Positions 1 to 9,088 of a stretch of 35,872 bases of DNA are shown here, one piece after another. The notes beneath the pieces were generated by a model. The model made no database searches, was not told the origin of the DNA, and saw nothing but the letters and a program-made list of their open reading frames with translations. The DNA is taken from the NCBI GenBank assembly GCA_041178085.1, contig JBEGVZ010000065.1:1-35872 (forward strand), in the 5' to 3' direction. Source of the stretch: Pseudomonadota bacterium (lineage in GTDB: Bacteria > Bdellovibrionota_B > Oligoflexia > Oligoflexales > RGVZ01). Within the stretch, counting starts at the first letter, position 1. Every line of letters begins with the position of its first letter. The translations under genes were made by a program, and so were the position numbers.

Positions 1-111
1 ATCCGGGAAATGAGACTCATCGAATCGGGGAAAACCCTTCGTAGCTACTCCAGACACGCCTATCTATTTTTGATCGTTGCTGCGGGGCTGGCCACACTCC
101 GGTGGAGATGA
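1..111 (+). CDS. possible 3' end of an upstream gene (partial, hydrophobic C-terminus)
   Basis: Frame +1 is open from the window edge to TGA at 109-111 (IREMRLIESGKTLRSYSRHAYLFLIVAAGLATLRWR*). It converges on the dioxygenase gene with a hairpin between them. Too short to identify. Confidence 0.3.
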   Translation: MREMRLIESGKTLRSYSRHAYLFLIVAAGLATLRWR

Positions 112-137
112 ACTGCCTTAGCATGTCATCTCCACCG
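100..137. terminator. 12-bp perfect inverted repeat, putative terminator or 3' stem-loop
   Basis: CGGTGGAGATGA (100-111) pairs with TCATCTCCACCG (126-137), 14-nt loop, just downstream of the dioxygenase stop at 146. No clear U-tract. Confidence 0.55.
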
Positions 138-145
138 TCCCGTTC

Positions 146-865
146 TCAATCCAGCTCTGGCGTTACCAGGTGACGGGCCTCACCTTTTACAGAACGTCCG
201 ATCCAGGCCGTCCATGCGCCAGCGAAATCTGCTGTATCGCCAGGCTTGAATTCGACAATCACCAATTCCCTCTGCGCGGGTGATAGACGCTGCAGGATCA
301 GATCCTGATCGTTCAATGCTTCACCAGCGAAGTAAATCTGGGTGGTCAGCGAAGGATAGCCTTGGCGGTGGATCTTAACGTGAATGTGAGGGGGTCTGAC
401 CCAACCATCCCCTGCCGGATAGGCACCAGGACGAACGGTTTTAAGAGAAAAACGCCCCTGACCATCCGTCTTAACCTGAGCCCAATACTGAAAGTTGGGA
501 TCGAGAGGGGCGGTGTTGGGGTCGCTTGGATGATCATACTTCCCTGACGCACAGGCTTGCCAGAATTCAACGAGGGCTCCCTCGACCGGTGCACTGGTAT
601 CAGCATCGCGGACGATACCTGCAAGGATAACGGACTCGCCCAGAGCAGCTTCTCCACGCCCGCGCACTTGCGTCATGTCGGCATCCTTGTCCAGCTGATC
701 TTTTACGGGATAAAAGGGCCCCTCTGGCTGGGCTGGGGTCTTCACACCCAGAGCAGCTTTTGCGATACCGCTGGCAAGCAATCCGCTGGACAGCAATCCC
801 ATGCCGGCAAGCCCAGCAGCCTTGAGCGTGTTTCTGCGATCCTGATCAAAATTTCTGTCTTTCAT
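146..865 (-). CDS. intradiol ring-cleavage dioxygenase family protein (protocatechuate 3,4-dioxygenase beta-like) with Tat signal
   Basis: Motifs EGPFYP, VEFWQAC..GKYDH, TVRPGAYP and RPPHIH supply the Tyr/Tyr/His/His Fe ligands; LTTQIYF is also present. N-terminal DRRNTLK plus hydrophobic stretch and AKA. GGAGG upstream. Confidence 0.9.
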   Translation of the reverse strand: MKDRNFDQDRRNTLKAAGLAGMGLLSSGLLASGIAKAALGVKTPAQPEGPFYPVKDQLDKDADMTQVRGRGEAALGESVILAGIVRDADTSAPVEGALVEFWQACASGKYDHPSDPNTAPLDPNFQYWAQVKTDGQGRFSLKTVRPGAYPAGDGWVRPPHIHVKIHRQGYPSLTTQIYFAGEALNDQDLILQRLSPAQRELVIVEFKPGDTADFAGAWTAWIGRSVKGEARHLVTPELD

Positions 866-908
866 TCGCCACCTCCATTGGTTTGAAGGCTAACTTGCCC
901 GCAGCCGT

Positions 909-929
909 GATATAAATAAAATTAATATC
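909..929. promoter_or_regulatory. LysR-type binding site (T-N11-A within a dyad)
   Basis: GATAT-N11-ATATC (T913...A925) in the AT-rich 90-bp gap between the divergent dioxygenase and LysR genes. Confidence 0.65.
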
Positions 930-955
930 TACTATTTTCATCATCAGGATAATCT

Positions 956-1831
956 ATGACTTCAGCAATCCCATCCCCCGCAGAAATCAACTACTTCATG
1001 GAAGCGGCAACAACCGGAAACTTCTCCCGCGCTGCAGCAAGGCTCGGGATATCTCAGCCGTCACTTTCAGCGGCTATGGTTCGCCTGGAGGATTCCGTTG
1101 GCGCAAAACTTTTCCTGCGCAGCCGCCGGGGCGTTGAACTGACCAGATCAGGACGCCAACTATTCGAGCATTCTCAGCGCCTGATGAACGCATGGCTGGA
1201 ACTGCAAAATTCTGCCGTTGCAGCGACGGAGGAAGTGCAAGGGAAATACACGATTGGCGCTCATCCATCAGTGGCGCTTTACACACTTGGGGGATTTCTA
1301 CCGGAGGTTCTTCACAAGAATCCGAATTTGAATATCAATTTGCGCCATGATCTTTCCCGAAGGATCACAGAAAACGTCATCCAAGGCGAGATCGATGTCG
1401 CAATCGCAGTAAATCCACGTCCGCATCCTGACCTGATCATTTCACGGCTAACTACTGACGATGTGACGCTTTGGCAGAAAGCCACCAAGCGAGGACAAAA
1501 ACCCCAGCTTCAAAAACGAGAAGGCATCCTGATTTGCGACACCGGACTGATTCAAACTCAGGCCATCATGAAACGCTTAAAATTTCCGCAAGCAACGCCT
1601 CGCATTATCGAGTCAAGCAACCTGGAGGTAATTTGTGAGCTGACTGCCGCCGGGGTGGGGGTAGGAATTTTACCGACAAGGGTAGCCCAGCGAGCCAGCA
1701 GCTCGCTGGTGAAGATTCACGGTGCACCTGTATTCCGAGACGAAATTTGCCTGGTCATAAGGGCAGAGCAACGAAAGGTTGCGGCCATACGATGCCTGAC
1801 AGCCGCAATCAAAAAATCATTCGAGAGCTAG
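956..1831 (+). CDS. LysR family transcriptional regulator
   Basis: N-terminal HTH NFSRAAARLGISQPSLS...LEDSVGAKLFLRSRRGVELTRSG, followed by a PBP2-type substrate domain. 291 aa. Confidence 0.95.
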   Translation: MTSAIPSPAEINYFMEAATTGNFSRAAARLGISQPSLSAAMVRLEDSVGAKLFLRSRRGVELTRSGRQLFEHSQRLMNAWLELQNSAVAATEEVQGKYTIGAHPSVALYTLGGFLPEVLHKNPNLNINLRHDLSRRITENVIQGEIDVAIAVNPRPHPDLIISRLTTDDVTLWQKATKRGQKPQLQKREGILICDTGLIQTQAIMKRLKFPQATPRIIESSNLEVICELTAAGVGVGILPTRVAQRASSSLVKIHGAPVFRDEICLVIRAEQRKVAAIRCLTAAIKKSFES

Positions 1832-1858
1832 ACGGTTCACCATCCGCACCAGTCAAGG

Positions 1859-3499
1859 TCAAATACAATCCGCCAGACGCCAGTTAGGGTCACTCACCAG
1901 CCTGGATGCCGGCACCACAATACCATTGAAGAAGTCGCGCAAACGATCACCCCGCAAAGTTCCATCCTTCAGTTCGCGCACGTAGGGACGCAAAGCCTCA
2001 AGATCAAACGGAACTTTCTCCGACCAACCGTCCGGCCAAAGGTTATCGATGCCGGCCGCATGACGCAGGGTGCCCCACTGAAGCGTCATGGGTTCAGACA
2101 TATAAAGCACCACACCTGCTGTCCGCAAATAAGCCGGGCTGTACTCGGAATAACGGCAAGCTACCGCGCTAGTGTCCGGTATCCTGACTTGCGCGTCAAA
2201 ACCAGTGTCGGCGATTACGCGATGCATGGCTTTCTTGACGATCTCAAGGCCAGGGTATTCGTCAAGGTATTTGGTAAGCTCAACCGCAATCCAACGCCGG
2301 ACGAAATTGTGCATACACTGAGACAAGATCATCTCTTCGGTCTGACCGCCAACTGACCAGGTGGCACTGGTCTTCTGGAATTCCTTTGTGAAGTTAAATG
2401 CGCCACCAGCTTCGACAACAGCTTCGCCGTTTGCCAGCACGAAATCACCACCAACGCCAAATTCACCGGCAAAAGAGAGGTCTGCAATCTTGGACAAGGT
2501 CAGCGTACACTGGACCCTAGTGCCTGGAGTTGCGATACCCGTCCTGGTAAACAGGTCGCTGCCGACAACATGGGCGACATAACCTATACGCCCCTTCAGG
2601 GTTCCGCGGGCAGAAACCGATTTTCCTGCAACCACCCCGGTTTTAACCTTTACAGTTTCGCGCGCACCCAAATACCCCGATAACTCATAGCTTTTGCGGA
2701 TTTCCTGCTTGCCATCCAGCGTACGCAGCGCGGGCCCACCTGCAAACTCAAGTCCAGGCTTTGACTGGCACATCGACTCTGGCTGGAACGCTCCGCACAT
2801 CCCATCCTTCAGGCGACAGAATGCTCCCACCGCTTCGATCGCTGTCCGGGGACTCTTGCAAACAAACGCCCTCGGGTTTCCGCTTTCGTTGGACGGCACT
2901 TCACATCGGGTACAAGTCAAACTGTTGAAGGCACATTCGTTGTCGCAATATGCAAATTCTACGACTTCCGTCTTTTGGAACGTGAAACCCTCGAAGCATT
3001 TCTGCCCGTTCTTATTCTGATCCCACGCGCTCGCAATGGTCCACAAAGTCTTGAAGTGACGGGCCATCTCGACGCATGCGTCGTAGGCTTCGTCCGATGC
3101 GGTAAGACTTAAACAGTCAGACTCCCGGCTTACCAATCCGGGCACATCGCCGACCTGCATGACAATCGTCCCAAGCTGGCCGGAGTAGGCGCGATCCAGC
3201 GTAACCCCCCGGTAGGATTTCAAAGACTCGCCAACCGGTACCGTCGGCGCCCGGTTTAATTTTGGTTCCAGCCGAATAAAATCCGCGCGCGCCGCTTCAA
3301 ATTTATTTCCGAAGTTCACAAAGTTGTGCTGCATGCCGGCGCAAGACCATTCGAAGTCCCACACATTTGGAGCACCACTGCGAAGTTGCCCAACTGAAGG
3401 CGCCGCCTGGCGGCAACCCGCAAGCATCAAAAACGCAGAAATCATGAGGTAAAGCGCTGAAGCCTTGAATATGAAGGCTGGTTTGAAACCTGCAACCAT
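1859..3499 (-). CDS. hypothetical cysteine-rich lipoprotein
   Basis: Long ORF (track start 3532). ATG at 3499 has a GAGGGG RBS. Signal ends in the lipobox LAG-C. 17 Cys in total. No family recognised. Confidence 0.75.
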   Translation of the reverse strand: MVAGFKPAFIFKASALYLMISAFLMLAGCRQAAPSVGQLRSGAPNVWDFEWSCAGMQHNFVNFGNKFEAARADFIRLEPKLNRAPTVPVGESLKSYRGVTLDRAYSGQLGTIVMQVGDVPGLVSRESDCLSLTASDEAYDACVEMARHFKTLWTIASAWDQNKNGQKCFEGFTFQKTEVVEFAYCDNECAFNSLTCTRCEVPSNESGNPRAFVCKSPRTAIEAVGAFCRLKDGMCGAFQPESMCQSKPGLEFAGGPALRTLDGKQEIRKSYELSGYLGARETVKVKTGVVAGKSVSARGTLKGRIGYVAHVVGSDLFTRTGIATPGTRVQCTLTLSKIADLSFAGEFGVGGDFVLANGEAVVEAGGAFNFTKEFQKTSATWSVGGQTEEMILSQCMHNFVRRWIAVELTKYLDEYPGLEIVKKAMHRVIADTGFDAQVRIPDTSAVACRYSEYSPAYLRTAGVVLYMSEPMTLQWGTLRHAAGIDNLWPDGWSEKVPFDLEALRPYVRELKDGTLRGDRLRDFFNGIVVPASRLVSDPNWRLADCI

Positions 3500-3532
3500 C
3501 GAAAACCCCTCGGCAGTCCAGGCGTGTACCAT

Positions 3533-3547
3533 TCAAAGCCTGTGCCA
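3533..3547 (-). promoter_or_regulatory. putative sigma54 (-24/-12) promoter
   Basis: Minus strand reads TGGCAC-aggct-TTGA (consensus TGGCAC-N5-TTGC, one mismatch at -12), with an AT-rich tract upstream (~3562-3610). Confidence 0.4.
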
Positions 3548-3680
3548 AAGCGGGCTACGCCATAAATTTTGCAACTTAACGTAATATTTGAATTAAATAG
3601 ACGAAAATAGGAGCCATGACTGGTGGCGTGTACTTCCAGCCGACGCATCGCCCAACAATTTGACAGGCCAACGCAAAAAC

Positions 3681-6374
3681 TCAGGCGCCTTTGCGAAACG
3701 TTGCGATATCGCCTGCAGCTAGCATGGCACCCGCTGGCATAAGAGGAACGGGATCATCGAACAATAGAGATGCCGCACGGATGATCACTTCCGGATCGAG
3801 GACAGAAATAACCTTTTTGTTCTCGACAAGTACGGTACCCTTGATGAACTCGTAGCTACGGCCGGATTCGCTAAGACCACCTTCTATTGTGATAAAATCC
3901 CGGATGCGATCCACAACGCAGCCGAAGAACTGGCCCTTGCGCGTACGGAAGACCAGCACGAAAACCCGTTCGCGCCCCTCCGTGGGCACCGGAGCAGTGC
4001 GCAGCAAACCGCTCACGCCACTGCCAAGAATGGTTGCAAGTTCAATCAGGGGCATGGACTGCTCCCGGTACACAACGACACTGCGATCCATCATCCCCAT
4101 CACATTTGCGGTGTCGAAGTCCTCCAATCGATAGACGGAGTTCATCGGAATGCCAAAATCCCCGGGTATTTTTACATCCATGAGCAGGATGTCGTTCTTT
4201 GAGATACTCTGACCATTCCTGCCTGAAGCCGCCTGGTTCACATCGCGATAACGGAGCTGAACACCTGCGATCTCAGCAATGCCATCGACGTTGAGGATCA
4301 GACCCACGGTGCCGTCGCCCATGAATGTCGCGCCAGAAAATGCTTTTCTGCCTTCCAGCTGAGCCCCGACCTTCTTCATGACAATTTCTTCGGAATCAAG
4401 AATTGCATCCACCCTACAGGCATAGACTCCACCCTCGGCCTGGATGACTACGAAACTGGCCAGGTCGAACCCCTCGACGGAAAGAGATGGCATGGACTCC
4501 CGCAGTTTCAGCGCAACTCCAAGATCGACGACCGGAATCAAGTCACCATGGAAATCGAGGACAAATCCACCCTGCACCGGACGGATCAGTTCACGTGCAT
4601 CCGCAACGCGCAAAAGGCGGACGATCTTGTCCTGCGGAACGGCAAACGCAGAGCCATTCGCCTGTACCAGCAACGAACTGACAATCAGCACGGATTTGGG
4701 GACGGGCAAATGCAGGGAGAAGCGCGTGCCAACCTTCAATTTGCTGTCAATTTCGATTCGTCCGCGCAGCTTCTCTACTGAGCTCTTGACCATGTCTAGC
4801 CCGACCCCGCGCCCCGAAATCCCCGTGACGCTGGCGGCAGTGCTGAAACCTGGTTCGAAAATCATTGCGAACAAACGGGAATCAACAAGGGAATTGGCAT
4901 CGGGCTCGGACATTCTTCCGCTTGCGACAAGCTTCCTCCTGATCTTGGACGGGTCGATGCCACCGCCATCATCCGCAACTTCAGCGATGATCTCGTCGCC
5001 TTCCTCACGAACACTAACCGTAAGGTGACCGCGTGCATTCTTGCCCGAAGAAGCCCTCTCGCCCGGCGACTCCAGACCGTGATCCACAGCGTTGCGAACC
5101 AGGTGAACCAGGCTTTCAGCAAGAACCTGGGCCACGGCCGTATCAAGGCGGATGGATTCCCCCTCAACCCGCAACTCAATGTCCTTGCCAAGCGTCTTGC
5201 TCAGGTCACGGACTGCGCGGGGAAGTGGTTTCAGGATGCGGCTAGCTGGCACTTTTCGCAATTCCGTCAGGCGCCCCTGAACACTGCTGTTGATCTTGTG
5301 CATTTCATCGAGAAGCTCACCCAGCAGTGAGACGTTCCTGTTGCCCGGGGCTTCCTTTTCGATCACCCGCACCAGCTTGTTGACCATGTTACGAATCACG
5401 GTGCTCTCACCACTGAGCTCCATGAATTCATCGAGCATTTGAACGGGCACTTGAATCGACTCGCGGACCTTTGTCTCACCAACGGGCAATTCGCCAGCAG
5501 CGCCATGTTCAACCGCCGCAGAATCATTCCGGGATGACTCAGCCAAGACTACTTCGGTCGCCGCAGTAACAGGTGCCTCGGCGCTTGCCGTCACATCCTG
5601 GAGATCGAACATTTTGACCAGCTCCCCGACATCACCGTTCCACAGGGTCTTGGTACGCATGGATTCAAGCATCTGCCGGGTGATATCGACTGCCTTCAAC
5701 ATGACCGTGATGTAAACTTGGGTGACAGGAATCACACCAGATTTCATTTTCGACAGGACGTCTTCACAGCGATGAAGAAATTCAGGTATTGGGTTGGTGT
5801 CAAAGAAGCCACTCGAACCCTTGATGGTATGAATGTTGCGGAACACAGTATCAAGTGCTGCCTTGTTTCCTGGATTTTCCTCCAGAGCAAGCAACAGGGG
5901 CTCAACCTCTTCCAGCAGGCTTGTGGCCTCTTCTATGAACGCAGATTCAAGCGAGGACTTTTCCTCGAGCTGTTCCATGCGAGACTTGAGAGTGGAGAAC
6001 GCATCAGTGACCGGACCCAGGATCTCCGCACCCGCCGCTGCCATCAGAACCTGCAGCCCTTCCGAGCCGCCCGTGGACAAATGACTGGCATTTTCAGGGC
6101 TACAGAGAACGATGAAGGGAAGCTGGCGGACCGTCTCTTTAAGAGCTGTGATTTCTCCCGCGAAATTTGCAGGCGACGATTCGAATCCCTTTACACCGCG
6201 CAGGTCAAGCACAACCCCGGCGATGTCAGCAAACCCATCTCGCAAATAGATAGCTGCCTCTGGCAGGGCATCGATCGAAGTAACTCCGCATTTGGCCGGC
6301 CGCCCCAGATCCCCCAGGAGGGCATTCAATGCGGGATCGCCTGACAGCACAAGAATTTGAAATAAGTTGGTCAT
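3681..6374 (-). CDS. cheA: chemotaxis histidine kinase CheA (N-terminal receiver-like domain, Hpt, dimerisation, HATPase, two CheW domains)
   Basis: Hpt FRNIHTIKG; N-box HLVRNAVDHG; DDGGGID; FEPGFSTA..ISGRGVGLD; two C-terminal CheW-like repeats. Confidence 0.95.
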   Translation of the reverse strand: MTNLFQILVLSGDPALNALLGDLGRPAKCGVTSIDALPEAAIYLRDGFADIAGVVLDLRGVKGFESSPANFAGEITALKETVRQLPFIVLCSPENASHLSTGGSEGLQVLMAAAGAEILGPVTDAFSTLKSRMEQLEEKSSLESAFIEEATSLLEEVEPLLLALEENPGNKAALDTVFRNIHTIKGSSGFFDTNPIPEFLHRCEDVLSKMKSGVIPVTQVYITVMLKAVDITRQMLESMRTKTLWNGDVGELVKMFDLQDVTASAEAPVTAATEVVLAESSRNDSAAVEHGAAGELPVGETKVRESIQVPVQMLDEFMELSGESTVIRNMVNKLVRVIEKEAPGNRNVSLLGELLDEMHKINSSVQGRLTELRKVPASRILKPLPRAVRDLSKTLGKDIELRVEGESIRLDTAVAQVLAESLVHLVRNAVDHGLESPGERASSGKNARGHLTVSVREEGDEIIAEVADDGGGIDPSKIRRKLVASGRMSEPDANSLVDSRLFAMIFEPGFSTAASVTGISGRGVGLDMVKSSVEKLRGRIEIDSKLKVGTRFSLHLPVPKSVLIVSSLLVQANGSAFAVPQDKIVRLLRVADARELIRPVQGGFVLDFHGDLIPVVDLGVALKLRESMPSLSVEGFDLASFVVIQAEGGVYACRVDAILDSEEIVMKKVGAQLEGRKAFSGATFMGDGTVGLILNVDGIAEIAGVQLRYRDVNQAASGRNGQSISKNDILLMDVKIPGDFGIPMNSVYRLEDFDTANVMGMMDRSVVVYREQSMPLIELATILGSGVSGLLRTAPVPTEGRERVFVLVFRTRKGQFFGCVVDRIRDFITIEGGLSESGRSYEFIKGTVLVENKKVISVLDPEVIIRAASLLFDDPVPLMPAGAMLAAGDIATFRKGA

Positions 6375-6414
6375 GACGGAGCCCCCGGAAGAATCGAAAG
6401 AAACCTGGTTGCCG

Positions 6415-6440
6415 TATCGACAATAGCCCTGGAAAGATTA
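6415..6440 (-). promoter_or_regulatory. putative sigma28 (FliA) promoter for cheA
   Basis: Minus strand TAAT-N15-GTCGATA (consensus TAAA-N15-GCCGATAA), 40 nt upstream of the cheA ATG. Confidence 0.6.
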
Positions 6441-6462
6441 GGCACCCGCCACAACGGGTGCC
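6441..6462. promoter_or_regulatory. 8-bp inverted repeat abutting the cheA -35
   Basis: GGCACCCG-ccacaa-CGGGTGCC. Confidence 0.4.
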
Positions 6463-6495
6463 GCTCTCAGAACCGTTTGGGCGGTTGTTTGTTGA

Positions 6496-6535
6496 TTTTC
6501 CAAAATATGACGGGGTGAACTGTAGTTTTGGAAAA
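6496..6535. promoter_or_regulatory. 10-bp inverted repeat in the cheA/cheW divergent region
   Basis: TTTTCCAAAA-N20-TTTTGGAAAA. Confidence 0.4.
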
Positions 6536-6614
6536 AACACAAAAGATTGAGCCGCATTTGATTCAACGTAGCCGGAGCGATAGCATTGAGGGGCAGGTCA
6601 GACGAGGAAAATCC

Positions 6615-7118
6615 ATGAAAAATAATGCGCAAGATCCAGGCAACGAAGCACAGCCTCAAAGGCCAACTTTTGCTTCGACCCTCACGCAGTACACGACATT
6701 CCTCGTCAAAGGGCAACTTTATGGCGTGCCGGTCATGCGGGTTCGTGAGGTCGTCCGACCGTTACCAATCACTGGTATCCCATTGTCAAAACCATACATC
6801 CATGGACTGATCAACCTGCGCGGCCAGGTAGTCACTGCAGTGGGTGTCCACCGCCTGTTTGGAATAGGATCCCCTGATCCATCCCAACTCATGAACGTCA
6901 TATGCGAAAAAGGATCATCCCTGATTTCCCTGCAGGCAGATGAGATCGGTGACGTGCTCGAGATGGACCCTGAGGAAATGGAGCCACCCCCTCTCACCAC
7001 GGATCTTGGAGTCAAGTCATACTTAAGTGGAGTGTATAAAGTGCCGAATTCCCGGTTGCTGTCGATCGTCGACATCGACCAGATTTTTGCGGCAATGGAA
7101 AAGCAGGAAAACCAGTAA
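6615..7118 (+). CDS. cheW: chemotaxis adaptor CheW
   Basis: [12 protein letters not shown]...[25 protein letters not shown] at 6615 with GAGGA RBS is preferred over the TTG at 6528. Confidence 0.95.
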   Translation: MKNNAQDPGNEAQPQRPTFASTLTQYTTFLVKGQLYGVPVMRVREVVRPLPITGIPLSKPYIHGLINLRGQVVTAVGVHRLFGIGSPDPSQLMNVICEKGSSLISLQADEIGDVLEMDPEEMEPPPLTTDLGVKSYLSGVYKVPNSRLLSIVDIDQIFAAMEKQENQ

Positions 7119-7150
7119 CAAACGCCCAGCAATCCAGTCAGGAGTATCAC

Positions 7151-9088
7151 ATGTCAGAATCGCTCAAGATCAAATCCATCGGTGGCATCGCAGAGGCTGG
7201 CGCTGAAGCAGGCATGGCGACACCCGACCATTTGCCGCTGGCCCACTTCGCTCCCGTGAACCTGCTGCTTTGCGACCGGGACTTGACGGTGACATATGCA
7301 AATCCACACGCCATGAACACGTTCCGCAAGATGGAAGATCGTCTTGGGATCCGGGCGGACGAACTGGTCGGCTCAAGCCTCGACATTTTTGAGTCCATGA
7401 CCCCAGCTGACCGCAAGGGGTTGACCAATGCCAAGCAAATGCCTTTCAAGACGCGGATCGATGTCCGCGGGGAAAAGTTAAGCCTCCAGGCCAACCCGAT
7501 CATCAACTCCGAAGGCAAGCATATCAGCACAGTGATGACGATTGACGTCACAACCGTCACAGATACGGCGCAGACGCGCCTTGCTGAGATGCTGTCCATG
7601 CTCGAGAACGCGCCCGTCAACGTGATGGCTTGTGACCTGGACCGAGTGGTCACCTATTTGAACCCACGTAGCCGGGAAACCTTGAAGAAGCTTGAGAAGT
7701 ACCTGCCCATTTCGATCGAGAAGATCACGGGATCGAAGATCGATGTCTTTCACAAAAACCCAGACCATCAGGCAAGGATCGTAGCAGACCGCAAAAACCT
7801 TCCCCATCGTGCCATCATCAATGTAGGGCCTGAAAAACTGGATCTGCTTGTTTCCTCGACACTGGACCAGAACGGCAATCACACCGGGACCATGATCACC
7901 TGGGACATCGTCACCAAGAAGCTCGAAACCGAAGCGCAGATGGTGAAATTTGCAGCGATGGTCCAGCTTTCACCCATCAACACACTTCTTGCCGACACCG
8001 ACTTCAATCTGGTGTATATGAACGAGGCAAGCGCCCGCACCCTTCGGAAGATCGAACATCTCTTGCCCCGCCCGGTCGACAAGCTGGTCGGCGAGAAAAT
8101 CGATATTTTTCACCGCGATCCAAGTCGGATCCGGAAGATTGTCGCCGACGCAAAGAACCTGCCACACAAGGCAAATATCAAACTCGGCAATGAGACGTTG
8201 CACCTCCTTGCCAGCCCCATCGTCGACGACAACGGAAATTATATCGGTCCAATGGTGACATGGGATCTTATCACCGACCGCGTAACACTTGTCTCCAACT
8301 TGAACGAAGCTTCGTCGCAGCTGGCAGCAGCAGCGTCGGAGCTCAACGCTACCGCGAGTGAGCTTTCCACCAATGCCGAAGAGACCAACCGTGAAGCGGT
8401 ATCGGCAGCGGGTTCTTCCGAGGAAATCTCTCGCGGGGTCGACGCCGTAGCGACCAATAGCGAAGAGATGAATGCGGCAATCAAAGAAATCGCACGCAAT
8501 GCGAGCGAAGCTTCTGCCATGAGCAACTCCACGCTAAAGCAGGCGCACGTTACCAATGACACAATCCAGAAACTGGGAACGAGCAGCCAGGAAATCGGCA
8601 ACGTCATCAAAGTGATCAGTTCGATTGCCCAGCAGACGAACTTACTTGCACTTAACGCGACGATCGAAGCTGCACGCGCGGGCGAGGCCGGCAGGGGCTT
8701 TGCGGTGGTGGCGAATGAAGTGAAGGAACTGGCAAAGCAGACCGCTCGCGCCACCGAGGAAATCACCGGGAAGATCAATGCGATCCAAAAGGACACGACT
8801 GAAGCGGTTGACGCCATCGGGATCATCGCCAACAGCATCGAGAAGCTGAACAACATCGCCGGGGCTATCGCAGCGTCTGTCGAGGAGCAGCAAGCGACGA
8901 CAAATGAAATGAGTCGCGTGGTGCAGGACTCCGCCAAGGGAGTCAGCAGCATTTCCCGCAGCATCAAGGCCGTATCGGAAGCATCAAGCCAGACCAGCAC
9001 CGGTGCATCACAGTGCCTCACAGCAGCCAAGCAACTGGCGCAGCTGGCGGAAAGCCTGCGTGAAATTGTGCAGAAAGTGAAAGCTTGA
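7151..9088 (+). CDS. soluble methyl-accepting chemotaxis protein with three PAS domains (Aer2-like)
   Basis: No TM segments; three 120-aa PAS repeats; signalling hairpin [45 protein letters not shown]. Confidence 0.93.
   Translation: MSESLKIKSIGGIAEAGAEAGMATPDHLPLAHFAPVNLLLCDRDLTVTYANPHAMNTFRKMEDRLGIRADELVGSSLDIFESMTPADRKGLTNAKQMPFKTRIDVRGEKLSLQANPIINSEGKHISTVMTIDVTTVTDTAQTRLAEMLSMLENAPVNVMACDLDRVVTYLNPRSRETLKKLEKYLPISIEKITGSKIDVFHKNPDHQARIVADRKNLPHRAIINVGPEKLDLLVSSTLDQNGNHTGTMITWDIVTKKLETEAQMVKFAAMVQLSPINTLLADTDFNLVYMNEASARTLRKIEHLLPRPVDKLVGEKIDIFHRDPSRIRKIVADAKNLPHKANIKLGNETLHLLASPIVDDNGNYIGPMVTWDLITDRVTLVSNLNEASSQLAAAASELNATASELSTNAEETNREAVSAAGSSEEISRGVDAVATNSEEMNAAIKEIARNASEASAMSNSTLKQAHVTNDTIQKLGTSSQEIGNVIKVISSIAQQTNLLALNATIEAARAGEAGRGFAVVANEVKELAKQTARATEEITGKINAIQKDTTEAVDAIGIIANSIEKLNNIAGAIAASVEEQQATTNEMSRVVQDSAKGVSSISRSIKAVSEASSQTSTGASQCLTAAKQLAQLAESLREIVQKVKA

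Noticed and set aside
6557..6582. AGCGATA as a sigma28 -10 for cheW
   Set aside because: No TAAA-like -35 at 15-nt spacing.
6528..6614. Longer starts given by the ORF track for cheW (also SRPBCC, GT2, btpA, cupredoxin, sucA, sucB, lpdA)
   Set aside because: Downstream ATGs have better RBS, stop/start coupling or family-typical N-termini.
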